Origin: Iphione sp. A-MEVVRFRX5
Taxonomy: Eukaryota
Length of the DNA stretch: 64,000 nucleotides
Assembly: GCA_976226885.1 (NCBI GenBank)
Contig: OZ320318.1
Coordinates: 26,536,001 to 26,600,000 of the forward strand
Direction: 5' to 3'
The position numbers and the translations under genes were made by a program. Position 1 is the stretch's first letter. Every line of letters begins with the position of its first letter. This document shows positions 9,902 to 22,235 of this stretch, one piece after another. The notes beneath the pieces were generated by a model. That model was not told where the DNA came from and made no database searches. It was given only the letters and a program-made list of their open reading frames with translations.

Positions 9902-10963
9902 ATAGAAAGTCAGACGTTTACGAAAGCCCTGTCATGTAAGGACTGTTAGCTCTCACCCTTTATTGTTTTTCTAAAGAATGAAGTAGGATTAGTTGACGGA
10001 TTCGATTTATGACACCATTTGAAACGGAAGCAGCAAGTGCAACAAAGGAATCGAGGAAATAAAATCACCCAAACTCTTATTAAAATCGCAACCTCATGTT
10101 GTACACGTCGGTCGGGCGGTGGAATGAACAGGCTTTCAGGGAATAAAAACACTCATGCCTGTAAAAGATAGTTGAAGATGTACAGGGGATATACATTCCA
10201 GTAGTAGTCAGCCCATGAGTCTGATGTTGGTTTTATTCACATAACTGCTCAAATATTCAAATACAAATTCAAATAAAGATGTCTCGTCTGAATGCCTTCA
10301 ATATAGCGTCTTGAATTTAAGAGCACATCGGTATTTGGACCAGTCGTTTGCTTTTTATCAGTAATCACGAGTGGCCTCGACAATAATTGTCCCGGATCAA
10401 TAAAAACAAATTGCAAATTGAGAGTAATGTCCCCCCATTGCATTAGATCCGCGATATTTCAAGCAAAATAAGTCCCAAGTAGTGTATTCAGTGTTTTCAG
10501 TACTGAAGCTGTGCACGATATAGCAACATTTAAAAATCTATAAATATTCAGGCACCGTACATTTGGTTCTTGGAGGTTTTCCTGGCCTGTAATATAGATA
10601 TCCGCGTAGTAATGGTGTATCTGTCTATCTCTTCAGTGTCAATCTCACCCAGTCTTTTAGTCTGTTGTTTGGTCATGTGACAGACTGGTGACAACTACAC
10701 ACTAATATCTCACATAGAGATCACGTATATTGTACTAATATGTATAAATCCTGCAGATTAAACAATACCTTATACGGGTTTGACAGAAATCTGTGCGTGT
10801 ATATATGAGAGAGAGAGAGAGGCGGCCAGTACTCGTAATGATGGAAACTACGAGAGGTAGATATCACTTAGACGTTTCTGACGACACAGGCACTGTCACT
10901 ATTGAGATAGTCAAAACGCAGACTTCACCCGAGATTTCATTTATCTCCTTCGTTATATTTCAG

Positions 10964-11218
10964 GGAGACCCCGCGGAGTGGGCAGCCTTTGTGGTCCCCA
11001 GCAGTGGCAGGTCGCAGGGCCCGCGTGGAGGATCTCACATGTGTACGGTATGCGGGAAACGGTTCGCAAGCCGCTGGAAGTTGGAGCGCCATGAAAGAGT
11101 TCATACCGGCGAGAAGCCCTTCAAATGCCGCTTCTGCGACTATGCGGCCAACCAGAAGGCAATGACCAAAGCGCACATGATGTGCAGGCATAAATACTTT
11201 GCAGGCGACAGTTCATAA
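10964..11218 (+). CDS. Alternative terminal exon G: C2H2 finger doublet (paralog of F)
   Basis: Acceptor cttcgttatatttcag|GGA (phase 0). CTVCGKRFASRWKLERHERVH-TGEKPF-KCRFCDYAANQKAMTKAHMMCRH, stop at 11216-11218. Confidence 0.87.
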   Translation, partial: GDPAEWAAFVVPSSGRSQGPRGGSHMCTVCGKRFASRWKLERHERVHTGEKPFKCRFCDYAANQKAMTKAHMMCRHKYFAGDSS

Positions 11219-12517
11219 CACACTGTTCTCATCGCAGAACCCTTACACAAGCGAATTATGTCAACTGTGGTTCCCCTCCCACACTAACAAAGAGGTACCC
11301 TCCGCCCCGCCCCCCCGGTGGTGAAATATTGGTCACTGAGTTTTATGTATAAAGTAGATAAAATACTACTGGGTGAACATGAGAGTATTTTCCTTATTTT
11401 AATGTAGATATACTATCAGTTGTAAAGATGCTCATGAAAGCATCCACTTGGGATCGTATAGTACTCAGTTGCCTGGTTCCAGTGATTGATAAGAAAGTTC
11501 AGTTTTACTATAAGTAAAGGATGGACTTGGAGTACACTTAGAAATTAATTTTGATGACAACGGATTTCACTTTTACCTGCTTCAACAAAGTGATAACATG
11601 GAGTGCACCTTTTAACATTCGTTTCATTTTAATGTTTCTTTCGATATGTCTAAGACTGGGTGTCCATGCACACGTGTCTCTGTGGCAGTCTGTGTGTGAG
11701 CGTGCTAGGGTGTGTTTCTGTTAATCTGATAACCATTATAGCCTACACACCATGGTGCATGTATTCACCATGTTTTCACACTTGCACATCTGTTTTAATC
11801 ATTCTGCCCAAAATACATGCGCCAAACACGCAGAGTGAAGCATGGAAAATGGAATATTTCCCATTTTGAAAACATGCTCACGCACAGACACACACCACAT
11901 GTATACATGGAAACTTAGCCTTAAGGAGCAAAAGTCACATCTACAAGATGCATAGTACTCTACATGTTAACAGATGTATATATTTTTAGAGATGTATATA
12001 TAGTCTATCTCAGTTACCGAATGTTCATTTTACTTTAAGGTAATAATGAGCTGGTTCTTGAAAGAATTCACCAGTATCTCTTGGATCCAACAGTGTACGG
12101 AAAAGGCCAGTCCCCATCTGAGGATAGATCCCTTAAAAAATGTCTCCGTATCTTCGGAATGGCTGCTGCGCATCACGCAGACATGGGTCTGGATCATTGA
12201 TATTTTTCCCAAATTCCTTTATGAAAACAAAAGACTTATTGGTTGGCCAGTAGAATCCACGACGTTAAACACAAAATATTCTCCATTTTGCGTAAAGAAA
12301 ATCATCCTTAATCTGCATTCAGATTTATTGTTTTTTTTTCACATTATTTGAAATAAAACATAATTGGAGATTCAATTGTATCAGAGATATCGTGTTTGTT
12401 TTCCATTGTTTTAGACAACTGTTATATGCCACAGAAGATCTCCGTTCAAAACGGTTTGCTGCTGGATTTTTTAGCACAACATGGAAAAACACAAAATGGA
12501 TAATGAGCAATTGTAGG

Positions 12518-12650
12518 TCCCATGTAAAGTGCCGCCTTTCACACCAGGTGGCGCCACAACACCTTACATTTCAGAAAACCATGTATTTCGTGGGGTCCTG
12601 CCTTTCACTGGTATCTACCCCAATACGACCTACCACATATTTTTCACATT
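12518..12650 (+). pseudogene. Possible decayed zinc-finger doublet cassette
   Basis: PCKV(-)RLS...QH followed by KPCIS(W)GPAFHWYLPQYDLPHIFH (C-x2-[W]-G-x-A-F...H..H). It lies immediately left of the LINE fragment. Confidence 0.33.
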
Positions 12651-12689
12651 TCGCCGGCTGATTCCTCCCACTGGATGACCAAGTTTGGG

Positions 12690-13135
12690 GTTTTTGAAAG
12701 TCTTCCTCAAGGAAACGTCACTTTGTTGTGATGGTGGGAGTGCATTCTATTTTTTTTTATTCATTCCATCAAAAAACTCCTCATATAGACATTGGCACGT
12801 GGTACGGACCGTTCTAGTTGTACTGTACAGCTTGATCTAATTTTAACACTTTTCTTTGTAGGAATCCTTCCTAAGTCATACATTTCTGTAATTGTTGATA
12901 ACAAATGGTAAATCATACACAATTTGCAATCCTTAATACCTCTACATTTCAACCAATTGGAAATTTCAGCTTTAGAAGCCCAGTTAATCATAACACTAGC
13001 TCTGATAGCTCTGTACTATGCTGACTCTAACCTCTCAATATCCCCTTTCCTAGCCCCCTGTAGAAAACCAATGCCATAATCCAAGTATGGGGTAATAAAT
13101 GCAGTAAATAAACGTTTATCAAGCACATAACTTGA
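12690..13135 (-). mobile_element. CR1/L2-group LINE 3' fragment (end of ORF2)
   Basis: Minus strand LFTAFITPYLDYG...KGDIERLES (typical L...RP.LEY...DI..LE), then KLCMIYHLL, RANVYMRSF and NALPPS...SL..FK, in the expected order. Confidence 0.62.
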
Positions 13136-13860
13136 TCTTCGCACTAGGTAGGAGGTATGTACATTTGCATGTACCATCTTGGAGAAAGTGGAGGTTAATT
13201 CACGATGGAACTGTTTTGAAGTCGCGCCACACGGATGTTCAGTTTGAGAGTTCGAATACTGATCCGAACAGTTCATTAATTTGGAGGAGTTTGAAATGTT
13301 TTAGTAGGGTAACGTTTTCAGTTTATCAATAGCCTATTTAGTCCCACTGAAGGTCTCAAGATATTTGAGAGTTTGTTGGAAATGAATGAAAATATATGCA
13401 CTAGACTAAGACATACATGCAATTTAAATTCAGAATGCACTATGTACTCCATAATAGTACATAAGGGAGAATATTTGATATTCATGCGTGTATTCAGAAC
13501 TTTGGAATGAAAGCATTACGAAGGATTACAGTCTTTCGAGTAAATTTTATATAAAAACAGGATTCGAGCAGTTTTCTACACACCAATGCTATAGAAAAAA
13601 CTGCCATTTTTTTTCAAGAGACTAGATTATTCAGCTATCTATAATTTAAGGTCTGTAGTAATGTCAAGAAACAAGAACTGATACACGCAGCTTTACCAGC
13701 ATTAGGCCATTAGATTACACAACATATATCCATAAATGTGTTGACCCTACCGTTGTTCTCTACTTTTTACAAAAACTGCATTTTATAGACCTTCAAGATA
13801 CCTTGAAGAATTCATTTTGGGGGGAGATATTCGCCGTTCACTGGAACAATTCGATTTCAG

Positions 13861-14204
13861 ATGCAGTCACTGATCACTTTGCAAAGGTGCCACAAGGGAA
13901 TCATCAAAGGAAGTGAGGTGGAATCCATGCTCCATGCAATTTACCGAGAAGTGTGTCTGAAGGCTTGTCGTTGGAAATCGGATCTGGAGATACATCTGAA
14001 AAATGCTCACTATATAGAGTTCAGTGTGAAGTTGGCCAGACCGGGCTGGGAAATGTATGTTTACTGGCAATAAAACTGCAGGAAGATCCAAATAAAACAT
14101 CTCCGAACAAAGAAATATTGAGAGGCCACATAGTTGATATACACGTATGGGTGAAAATAAAGCACATTAAACACAGGGGCGGACAGTGCAATTTCCTCTC
14201 GTAG
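13861..14204 (+). pseudogene. Recently inactivated or variant zinc-finger doublet cassette
   Basis: Acceptor aattcgatttcag|ATG (phase 0). Finger 1 YR-EVCLKACRWKSDLEIHLKNAH lacks the first Cys but otherwise has x12-H-x4-H. Finger 2 is in a shifted frame (ORF 13953..14204): QCEV(G)...NKEILRGHIVDIH. Confidence 0.65.
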
Positions 14205-14393
14205 TACTTAGTGGAACAAAGAAGGTTGTGTTTCAAAATGAAACGTATTTGTCAATGTCAGCTTAAATGATTTGTCATTGTAATCGAATGGTTGCGACAT
14301 TTATAATTCATCATCTCGTGTGTTAAAATACAACTTCATCTACATGAGGAAAAGCATAGCGTTATGACTTCTTCGGTAGCTGGACTGCTCCAG

Positions 14394-14650
14394 CTGGTAC
14401 AAATTCAGTGTCATGCCTGTGGTTCGTTTATATATTAGAATTTGTCAGCAATAAACATATCGTTCGCGAGAATTCTCCATTATATCTCAAATGCAACGAT
14501 AAAATCGATGTCAAGATATTCTTTACTGCCGTTCCTAAATTCAACAAGAATCATATCGATGGAGCGATACCATGCAGCCTCGTCGATCTGCATTTGTCAC
14601 AAACGTAAATGGGAATCCTTTGTATGCAACATTACTCTCTATGTAAAATA
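14394..14650 (+). pseudogene. Possible decayed multi-finger cassette
   Basis: ctgctccag|CTG (phase 0) gives LVQIQCHACGSFIY*. Other frames give KHIVR..PLYLKCND and HKRKWESFVCNI (HxRxHTGEKPFxC-like). Confidence 0.33.
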
Positions 14651-17564
14651 GGCCCCCTGATTGTGCATTTGTTATGCTATTGATATTACAGATATGGGAG
14701 TAAGTTTTGTCCAGACCTTTAAAAAAAGTAACTGTAGGCCTATGAATGATGCAGACTGATTCAATAAATCTCTCCAGTCCTAGGGAGCAGCGTCGCCTGA
14801 TTCATTGACACTTCTTTTGAACATTCTTTTATGATATAAGACCCCAGCGGAGACCACCAGCCATGGTCTAATCTCATCAATATTCATCCATAAAATTATA
14901 ACTGACTGGTTCATGGATATGGCTGATGTGACACGAACCTTGCAGTCTACAGAAATCTTTATTCGAGGAACCACTGTATACGTGACTAAATGCATGGGTG
15001 AGTAACTAAGGTTGGCAAACGGGAAAATCCTTAATCATAATAAAGTGTAGTAAATGCTTCTTGACAGTAGATTAAGCGCGTGGTTCATCGCTGTTCAAAA
15101 CTGTTAGTTAAAAAAAGACAAAACACAGGAAAACAAATCTGATATCTTTAATGTTGTTACCCGAATGTGCTCATAGACAAGAATCAATGCTAACAGATTA
15201 ATGCGTTGTGTACACTTTTCTTTTATTGATAAAGTAACATAAAGTAGCTTCAAGTTACCACGAAAACATAAATTTTAACGAGGAAAGTGTAACGTTCCAA
15301 TCTTTGAAAGAAGACTCCGCCTCTTTATCTCTCTGGAAATGTCAACGAACTTCTCCAATATTCTTTCCAATCAGAATAAGAAAATGAAAAAAGAAATAGC
15401 TTTCCTCAAAATTCCGCAAAACTATGGTGTATTCGAAGGGCACTGCACTAAATCATTTACAGTATACTTATAACTGAATTTCTGCCATTGTTTGTAATGA
15501 AGCAAGTTTCATGAATAATACAGAACGTCTTGATTTTTGCCGTCTGTGTCAAGCTGTTGACGTTGTGGAATTGGGGAGCAACGTGGAACAGGCAGCAACG
15601 CATTGGCTCAATTTCCAGTCGATCTTTCTTATTTTTTTTGTAGGGGAAATGAGAAGACAGGTCTATATTTTATGGATAACCAACAACCAACAGTTGAAGA
15701 ACTTTATCTATGCCTAGACTGTACCCAAATATCTGTCCAAATGAACTGACTATGGTTGGCCAGCTTACATCAGTATGCAGTGGCAGTCTAAAATACCGTA
15801 ATTAAAATCTCTCAGAACAAAATAGAAAAATCGACAAACTTCAGAAACTATACTTTAACCCGTTTCCAGGAGACGTACGACACAGCTTTTGACAAATTTA
15901 TTTTGATATAAAACATGATCGACAAAAATTTTGTCGGTTACGTTTTATATCAAAAATTGCTAATCAAAATGGTAGCTGATATTGATATAATACATGGTAA
16001 CTATAGGATAGGGAAAGAAGAGAAAATTCGAGAGAGACACAGGAAAACGAAAGAGATGCCAGAGGAAGGAAAAGAACACGGGATAAAGGGAGAGGGGCAT
16101 ATGCAGAGACAGGGAGAGAGATTATGAACATGGATATGTTGGATGTAACTCCGTTCATGGGTGTAACAATAAATGTAATTTTTACAGGATGTAACTGTAA
16201 TTGATCCCTCGCTGGACAGGTTGGACAATGTTCCACTCTCACGTCTTTGATTTATAGGGCCAACCCTAGTGTATTTCCGAGGCACAGAACCTCTGCTAAG
16301 CAGCAAAAATGATCTATACCCGCTAGAAATGTATCTAGGTTGGTTACAACAGCTATATAGAGACAAATAAGAGCTGGATAATATCCAACATCCCCCCCCT
16401 TCAGCCGTTAGTCGGGTAGTTTTCCATGTGATTGTATAAAAAACTAGTGGGAAATTTAGAACAGTTTGTACTTTAAATCCACTGATAATATAACCAGATG
16501 AAGCAGTATGACCTTCAATAATTCTGTTGCAACTGAAAGACTATGAATACATAATCAACTTTAAAATTTATCATGTTTTACCCTCCATTGATTATTTGAA
16601 AAATGTGCACATTTGATTACCTAATCCGCTTCCCTAATGATACGGATAATACATGAACATGAATGTCAGTTCGTTTTTTCATTTTCTATAGAATTTGTTA
16701 GCACGAAGGCATTCAGCATTTACATGGTCCAGTAGGTCGAGTTTCTAGCATGTCCTGCATCAATTCTGAAACGAAATAAAGTCGGACTAGTTGCAATGAC
16801 AAGAGATCTGTTATGGCATGATGTATCTGCTGGTAATCATTTTAAATTGGATTTAAACGCTTTTCATATGCAGAAGGATTGAAGCTGGAAATAGATTCGG
16901 TATCTCTTAAAAATAATTATGATGACTGTATCCTGACCCTACGTTGATCCATTATACAAACTGCAAACCATGAAGTCTAATGACGATTGGCCACAGGTAA
17001 ACGCAAGAAACGGCATCTAGCGGATGAGTTTAAGAAAGCCGGGATTGCATTTTTCAAAGCAACATCGGAACACTTGTGTGTAATAAGAAACATCTAGCAT
17101 GACAAATGACATCAGTTGAGTGGAGAGTGATGACTGAGTGGGAGGCGTGGATAGCTCCAGGTGTCTGTTGCCACACATTTCTATACTATGGTTAAGAATT
17201 CGCTAGTATTGTTCATACAGGGAGTGGGAAAACATCAATTAACATGTAGGGACAAAGGTCAGGAACCATTGTTTTGGTGGTAGGTGGGAGGGTGTTTGGA
17301 CAGTTTAATGTCGGTAGTTGTAGATTCCTTTATACTCCCTTTCTGTATAGTTTTCCTTTCCTCCTCAAGCCTTCGGGAAATAATATTTTAAAATCGCCTG
17401 TGAACATAATCAAATCAATCAAAACCAAATACGAATGAGACAGGCTTTCATTGCATTTCTAAGGATAGCTGCTGGGTTTTCGGCTCTACAACCGATCTTG
17501 CACCAGCAACATAAACCTCACTAATTTTAGAGTGGTGTCCTTTTGTTTTCAATGGGAGCAGTGG

Positions 17565-17690
17565 TGTGTTGTCCCTTGGTCGCCCACGCTTTACTGGTAA
17601 ATACCTTTGCTAAATCTGGCATATCGCATTTGTTTTAGTCCAAAACACTGACCCAGTCATTCAGTGAATGACTGCCCAAAGCTATGTGTA
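17565..17690 (+). pseudogene. Possible decayed zinc-finger cassette (C-like)
   Basis: CPL...TFAKSG.SHL and KH*PSHSVNDCPKLC. The DNA cactgacccagtcattcagtgaatga..ctgcccaaag resembles exon C cacctgcccggccactcgggaatgaa..ctgtccaaaa. Confidence 0.33.
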
Positions 17691-20600
17691 GGAGCAAATA
17701 AAAATAAATTTGTAATCCCTCCAGTAAGATCCAGTGACACCAAGTAGTATTAAAGACTGTAAATGCCTCTTCGCCTCTCAATAATGCAACCTCTCGTGAA
17801 GAAATTTATACTGTTTCTTACGTATGGGTGGGTCACCTTTGGTGGCTCCTGCATTAGAAGACAATAAATACTTTGTAGCTGCTTGGCAATGTCGTCATAT
17901 CTACGCAATGTAATTCTCTTCCCGTTGTCAGTAGTCGATACTCTTTGCATATCGTAGATCGGGTATCTTGGATTGTAATCCGTTCTTGGAGTCCGATGCA
18001 ACGAGCGCCAGTGGAATACCCTCGTCTCAATCTTCTTTTTCCCCTTTTTCCTACCTAAAATTATCTTCCTGACACTGTAAGCAATAATCAAATTATCAAA
18101 GCACCCACAGCTTCATCCCTTATGTCTCTGCCGATGTTTTGCTTGCACAGGCCGCACTAAAACAGCGTAGTTCTAAATGTGTCTTTCCGGGGACCATATA
18201 CTGCATGGCCACTGCAAATGCGTGCTAATTCAAATGCCACGGCACAATACATGCGTATGAGCATTGATTGAATTACTGGAGACGACTATTGCCGTAGAGG
18301 TCTCAGTAATGAAGAAAGTTGACGAGTATAAGTTTTGCTATATGAGCAGAAAGGGAAGTAAGTAAATGTGTGTGATAAATGTTCTCAAGATACAATGTCA
18401 GACAGTAGATTCACTTGCTTCCTTGTCTATTGTAACATGAGCTTGGTCTCTGACAAAGAAGGTGACACGAAATAATGACAACGATCTCAAAATATGGTTC
18501 ACTCCAAAGGCAGAAATTTAGCCTGCTGGAATGGTGCTCTCTCAGAGTGAAATTGAGAGAATAACTGTTTATTACAGGAAAAAATGCATACTTATATACT
18601 CCTGTTGATAAGTCACATGACACTGTAACTGTCTAGACAGAGATTACACAACAACAATCAACCCTGATGTCTATTCTTAGCTCATACTCACACCACGTGG
18701 TAAGGAACTAGCGGATGGTAGGCATGTCTCCACTACACTATATACACATAGCAAAGTTCTTATGATTAGAAGTTTTAAATAACTGCTCCAGTTGAAAAAC
18801 AAAGCTAATCCACCTTCAAACAAAGATCCGGCATAAAACAAGACTGGGTCTGTTGGCTGGGACACCAGTTTACATGTAGTTGTGCTTTAGTTTGGCTTTT
18901 GTGTGCAAGCAGATGTAGACATATCAACAGTAGTTATGCTACTGTTGACAATCTGCCTCGTTGAGGACAATTTGACTAATATTGTCAATGTTCCCTTGCC
19001 GCCGGGAGTACTTCAGGGTTCGATAGTAATAATACAGCAATATACATACCTACAAAAACTGCTTGTCTCTTCTATTTCTTCATCCAACAGCTCCAATCTA
19101 GTTTGTTCAAAGCATTATGCCGGGAAATATTTTGTCTGAACTTCATTACTTTACGTCTCTTACATTTAAAGTCGATAGCCACAGAAAATTGTATAGGCCG
19201 TTGAAAGTTCTAAACTCCCTAGCCCTTTTGTAGGCAAAGTTCTGCTTACAATCCTGTATTATCACCTTGAGGTGTACTGGCAATAAAAATTACCAACCTA
19301 ACATCACCAGATTGTCTGTACAGAACACAACTTTGATAATCTTATAACACCATGAATTTCAGTTGGTCATTCCTGAAGTCTGAAAATGTATTTATGACGC
19401 TCGTCTTTTTAGAAAAACCCAAGACACTGCACTTAGAAACTCTAATGATAGGTCTTAATACCATATTATCCGTTCATGCAAATAGGGCTGCTCAATACGG
19501 GAAGGTGAAGTGTTATTCAAACGAGGAAAATGTTACTCTGCCAAAAGCTCCTCGGGCCATTATCGTTCACAACGACGGGACAAACGGTTCCCTAATGACA
19601 CGTCTTCAGCCGCTTCCCTCTGTTGTAATCACATAATGATGCAGCAATCCAATGCTCGCTGAAGCTCATTAAATTAATCGCGGCAAAAAAATGATAACCA
19701 CCTCTATAAAACATAGAACTATTTTACGAGTCTCTATTTTTCTATCAATGCTCTACACATGAACGATAGAATTATCATTTCGACAAAACAATTTTCAACA
19801 TTGGTACTATTTTTGTGGCATAGCGAGGTATTTGTAGCCGCGAAGCAACGTCCGATATCTTATAAATGTTATTTATTTTTCAGCATTTACCCCTTTAAAA
19901 CTGGAGGAAAAAACTGGTAAGTTATATTCCTGACTCATTGAAATGCTTTGCTGTAATGCAGGAGTCGGTTAAAAACTAAAGAGCCCCCTATGTCCGCATT
20001 GTGCATGTGGAATCAGATAAGGGCCTATCGCTACACACAGTTCTCTTAAAACTCTTGTCCTGCATGGGCCTAATTTTCATGTGCATTTGTTTTTAATGGT
20101 TGTACTGCCGTGTGTTTTCGTGTATTTTGGGAACTATGGTTAACAGGAGTGTATCCATGGTAGTTTGTACTGTATGGCATGTTTTCATGGATCTATTGGT
20201 GTGTTTTTTTATGGTTGGGTATGCATGTTTTCAGCATGTTTGAACTATGGATAATACAAGGGTTGATACAAGGCTCCACTTAAGTTCTATTGCTATTTCA
20301 GCGGTTTAGGTGGAGAAACACTGCATGGAATGTTTCATGGTACTTCACGTTCCTAAAATATGGTACACGGGTGCACGGGCACATAAAAATCAAGCATCAT
20401 GCAGGTCAAATCATTTTGGTTCACAAATACATGTATTATATGGGAGCTTAGTGAAGTTGACTTCCAGCCTTTCGCCCAGCTTTCCCTGTCCACTACTTTG
20501 AAAGCGTCACCGGGTTGGCAATTATCGGTACACTTCCACTGTTCGCGTCGCCCATTTATTTCTGTCGCTGGACTTCAGGAAAAAGGATAAATTGTGCGAA

Positions 20601-21329
20601 AGTTCAATTTAGCCAGCCATAGTCCAAATCAATGTAAATATCACTGCGGGAGCTGCTTCAGGGTCACACCAGGTCACGTTTATACGCAACTCTGACGTTC
20701 TGTTCACGAAAAGGGCGAATAGATTAACAGCCTTCATGCGAGGTATTTAGCAGTCTATGTCTAGACAAATAACACAACCGGGCAGTGGCCTTTTTTCTTT
20801 GCTTTACTCAGTATTGACTCCCCCGCCTGAAGTAAGTGGATATAAAAGGCTTTTTTGTGTCCATATGCGCGTCTTGCCCTGTTGTCCCACTCCCTTCTCG
20901 TTTCGTGCGGTTATTTTCTTACACATCGCACGTTGCTCGGTGACGATGTGATGGTTGATCGTGAATGCAGGACCATAACCGGCGAGGCATTTTGTGCCCC
21001 ACCTCCCCCCCCTCCGCCGCCCCCTCCCCAAACACAATAGCTGATATCTACCCAGATGCCTAAAAGGTCGAAACTGGTAATCCGAGAGTTTTCCTAGTGA
21101 GTGTCATACCGGGTCTAAGGCCAATGAATTTTCACGCTAACACCCAATGCCTACCTTTTTAAAAGGGACTGCTCGAGGTATCCCTCCGCCAAACACACAT
21201 GTGCGCACAAGCCTGGTGCCGTGCCTGGAATATGTACCGGGTACCTCAATTTATTTTCTGGTGCTTCCATCACGCTACCCCACGACGTCCTCTGGGACTA
21301 TCTCTCTAATAAGGTGACAGGATGTAGCT

Positions 21330-21640
21330 TTCCAGGCTAAATGGGTGTCTATTATCGTTTATGTTGGGGTCAGAACCTGAGGAATCTTGAACGTATCTGT
21401 ATGAGGAATGGTTTTGCTGGCCCCTACAGAATCCCCCTCTTCTTATCGATAATACCTCCTTGGGTGGATGGGGAGTGCTGATGAGCTCTGGAACACTAGA
21501 CCGTACGGGTCCAGTGTCGTCCTCGCACAAAGCCTACTTGCCCCGATGACATTAATGGTCAAGTGCTGCAATCCTTCCCTTGCAGTTCTTAAGTAAAGAT
21601 AGCGGACAAATTGCTTCCAGGTCAAGATGGAGGTGACTGA
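21330..21640 (-). mobile_element. Highly degenerate LINE reverse-transcriptase fragment
   Basis: Minus strand PLMSSGQVGFVRGRH resembles the Q.GF..GRS motif, with a weak FLD..AFD-like stretch downstream and many stops. Confidence 0.3.
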
Positions 21641-22193
21641 GTAACGTGCTGACCGCTTCCTACTCCAGAAATCACATATTTATATACAGTGAAAAGCCAC
21701 TGTAGGGACACGATCCCAATAGAGACATGTCTGTAATGGGGACTTTTTTTGAAGAACAGATATTTGCTATACATTAAAAGACGCCTGTGATAGGGACATA
21801 TTCCAATTATGAATAGTTCGGGAAGGAAACCACTGGTGTCCTGACGAGGCATGAAGGCAATACTAGTGAAGGCACTAGTCACAATATACATATTTTTTTC
21901 ATTTCTATCGTTTCCGTTATATCCATTTTCTTTAAGTAATGAGACGAGTTTATACAGGCTGCTACGAGTTCCAAGCGGTATAAAATTGTCGAAAATCGCT
22001 CGACAGACACTAATATTAAGCGGTCATTGGTCTGGCTTGAAACGAACCCTGAGTTAATCCTGTAATGGGTGCCTGGGAATCCAGGCCCCTTATGTGTGCA
22101 TCGTAACAAGTAAGTCATTGACGATGGTTTTGCCCATTTTGTCTGATAAAAATAAAGACGGTAAAAATAACAATGGAATTTGGGAGGTTAATA

Positions 22194-22235
22194 TGGTCAC
22201 GTGACCAATGGGCAAGAACCGGAACGTCAAATGTC
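22194..22235. promoter_or_regulatory. E-box palindrome + CCAAT + ETS-like cluster
   Basis: Perfect 14-bp palindrome tggtcacgtgacca (USF/TFE-type GTCACGTGAC) overlapping CCAAT, followed by accggaa. Confidence 0.4.

Noticed and set aside
2889-11191. Minus-strand and alternative-frame ORFs overlapping the finger exons (e.g. 2889-3287, 6669-6914, 8069-8475, 9521-9718, 10937-11191)
   Set aside because: Shadow ORFs of GC-rich coding exons, with no motifs.
3034-13863. AG|ATG junctions (3034, 9605, 13861) read as stand-alone mini-genes or spliced-leader acceptors
   Set aside because: Five of the seven intact cassettes lack a junction ATG yet keep the same phase, which fits fusion to a coding upstream exon better.
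18924-18948. Perfect 10-bp hairpin tcaacagtag-ttatg-ctactgttga
   Set aside because: An isolated short stem is expected by chance in 64 kb and is too short for a pre-miRNA.
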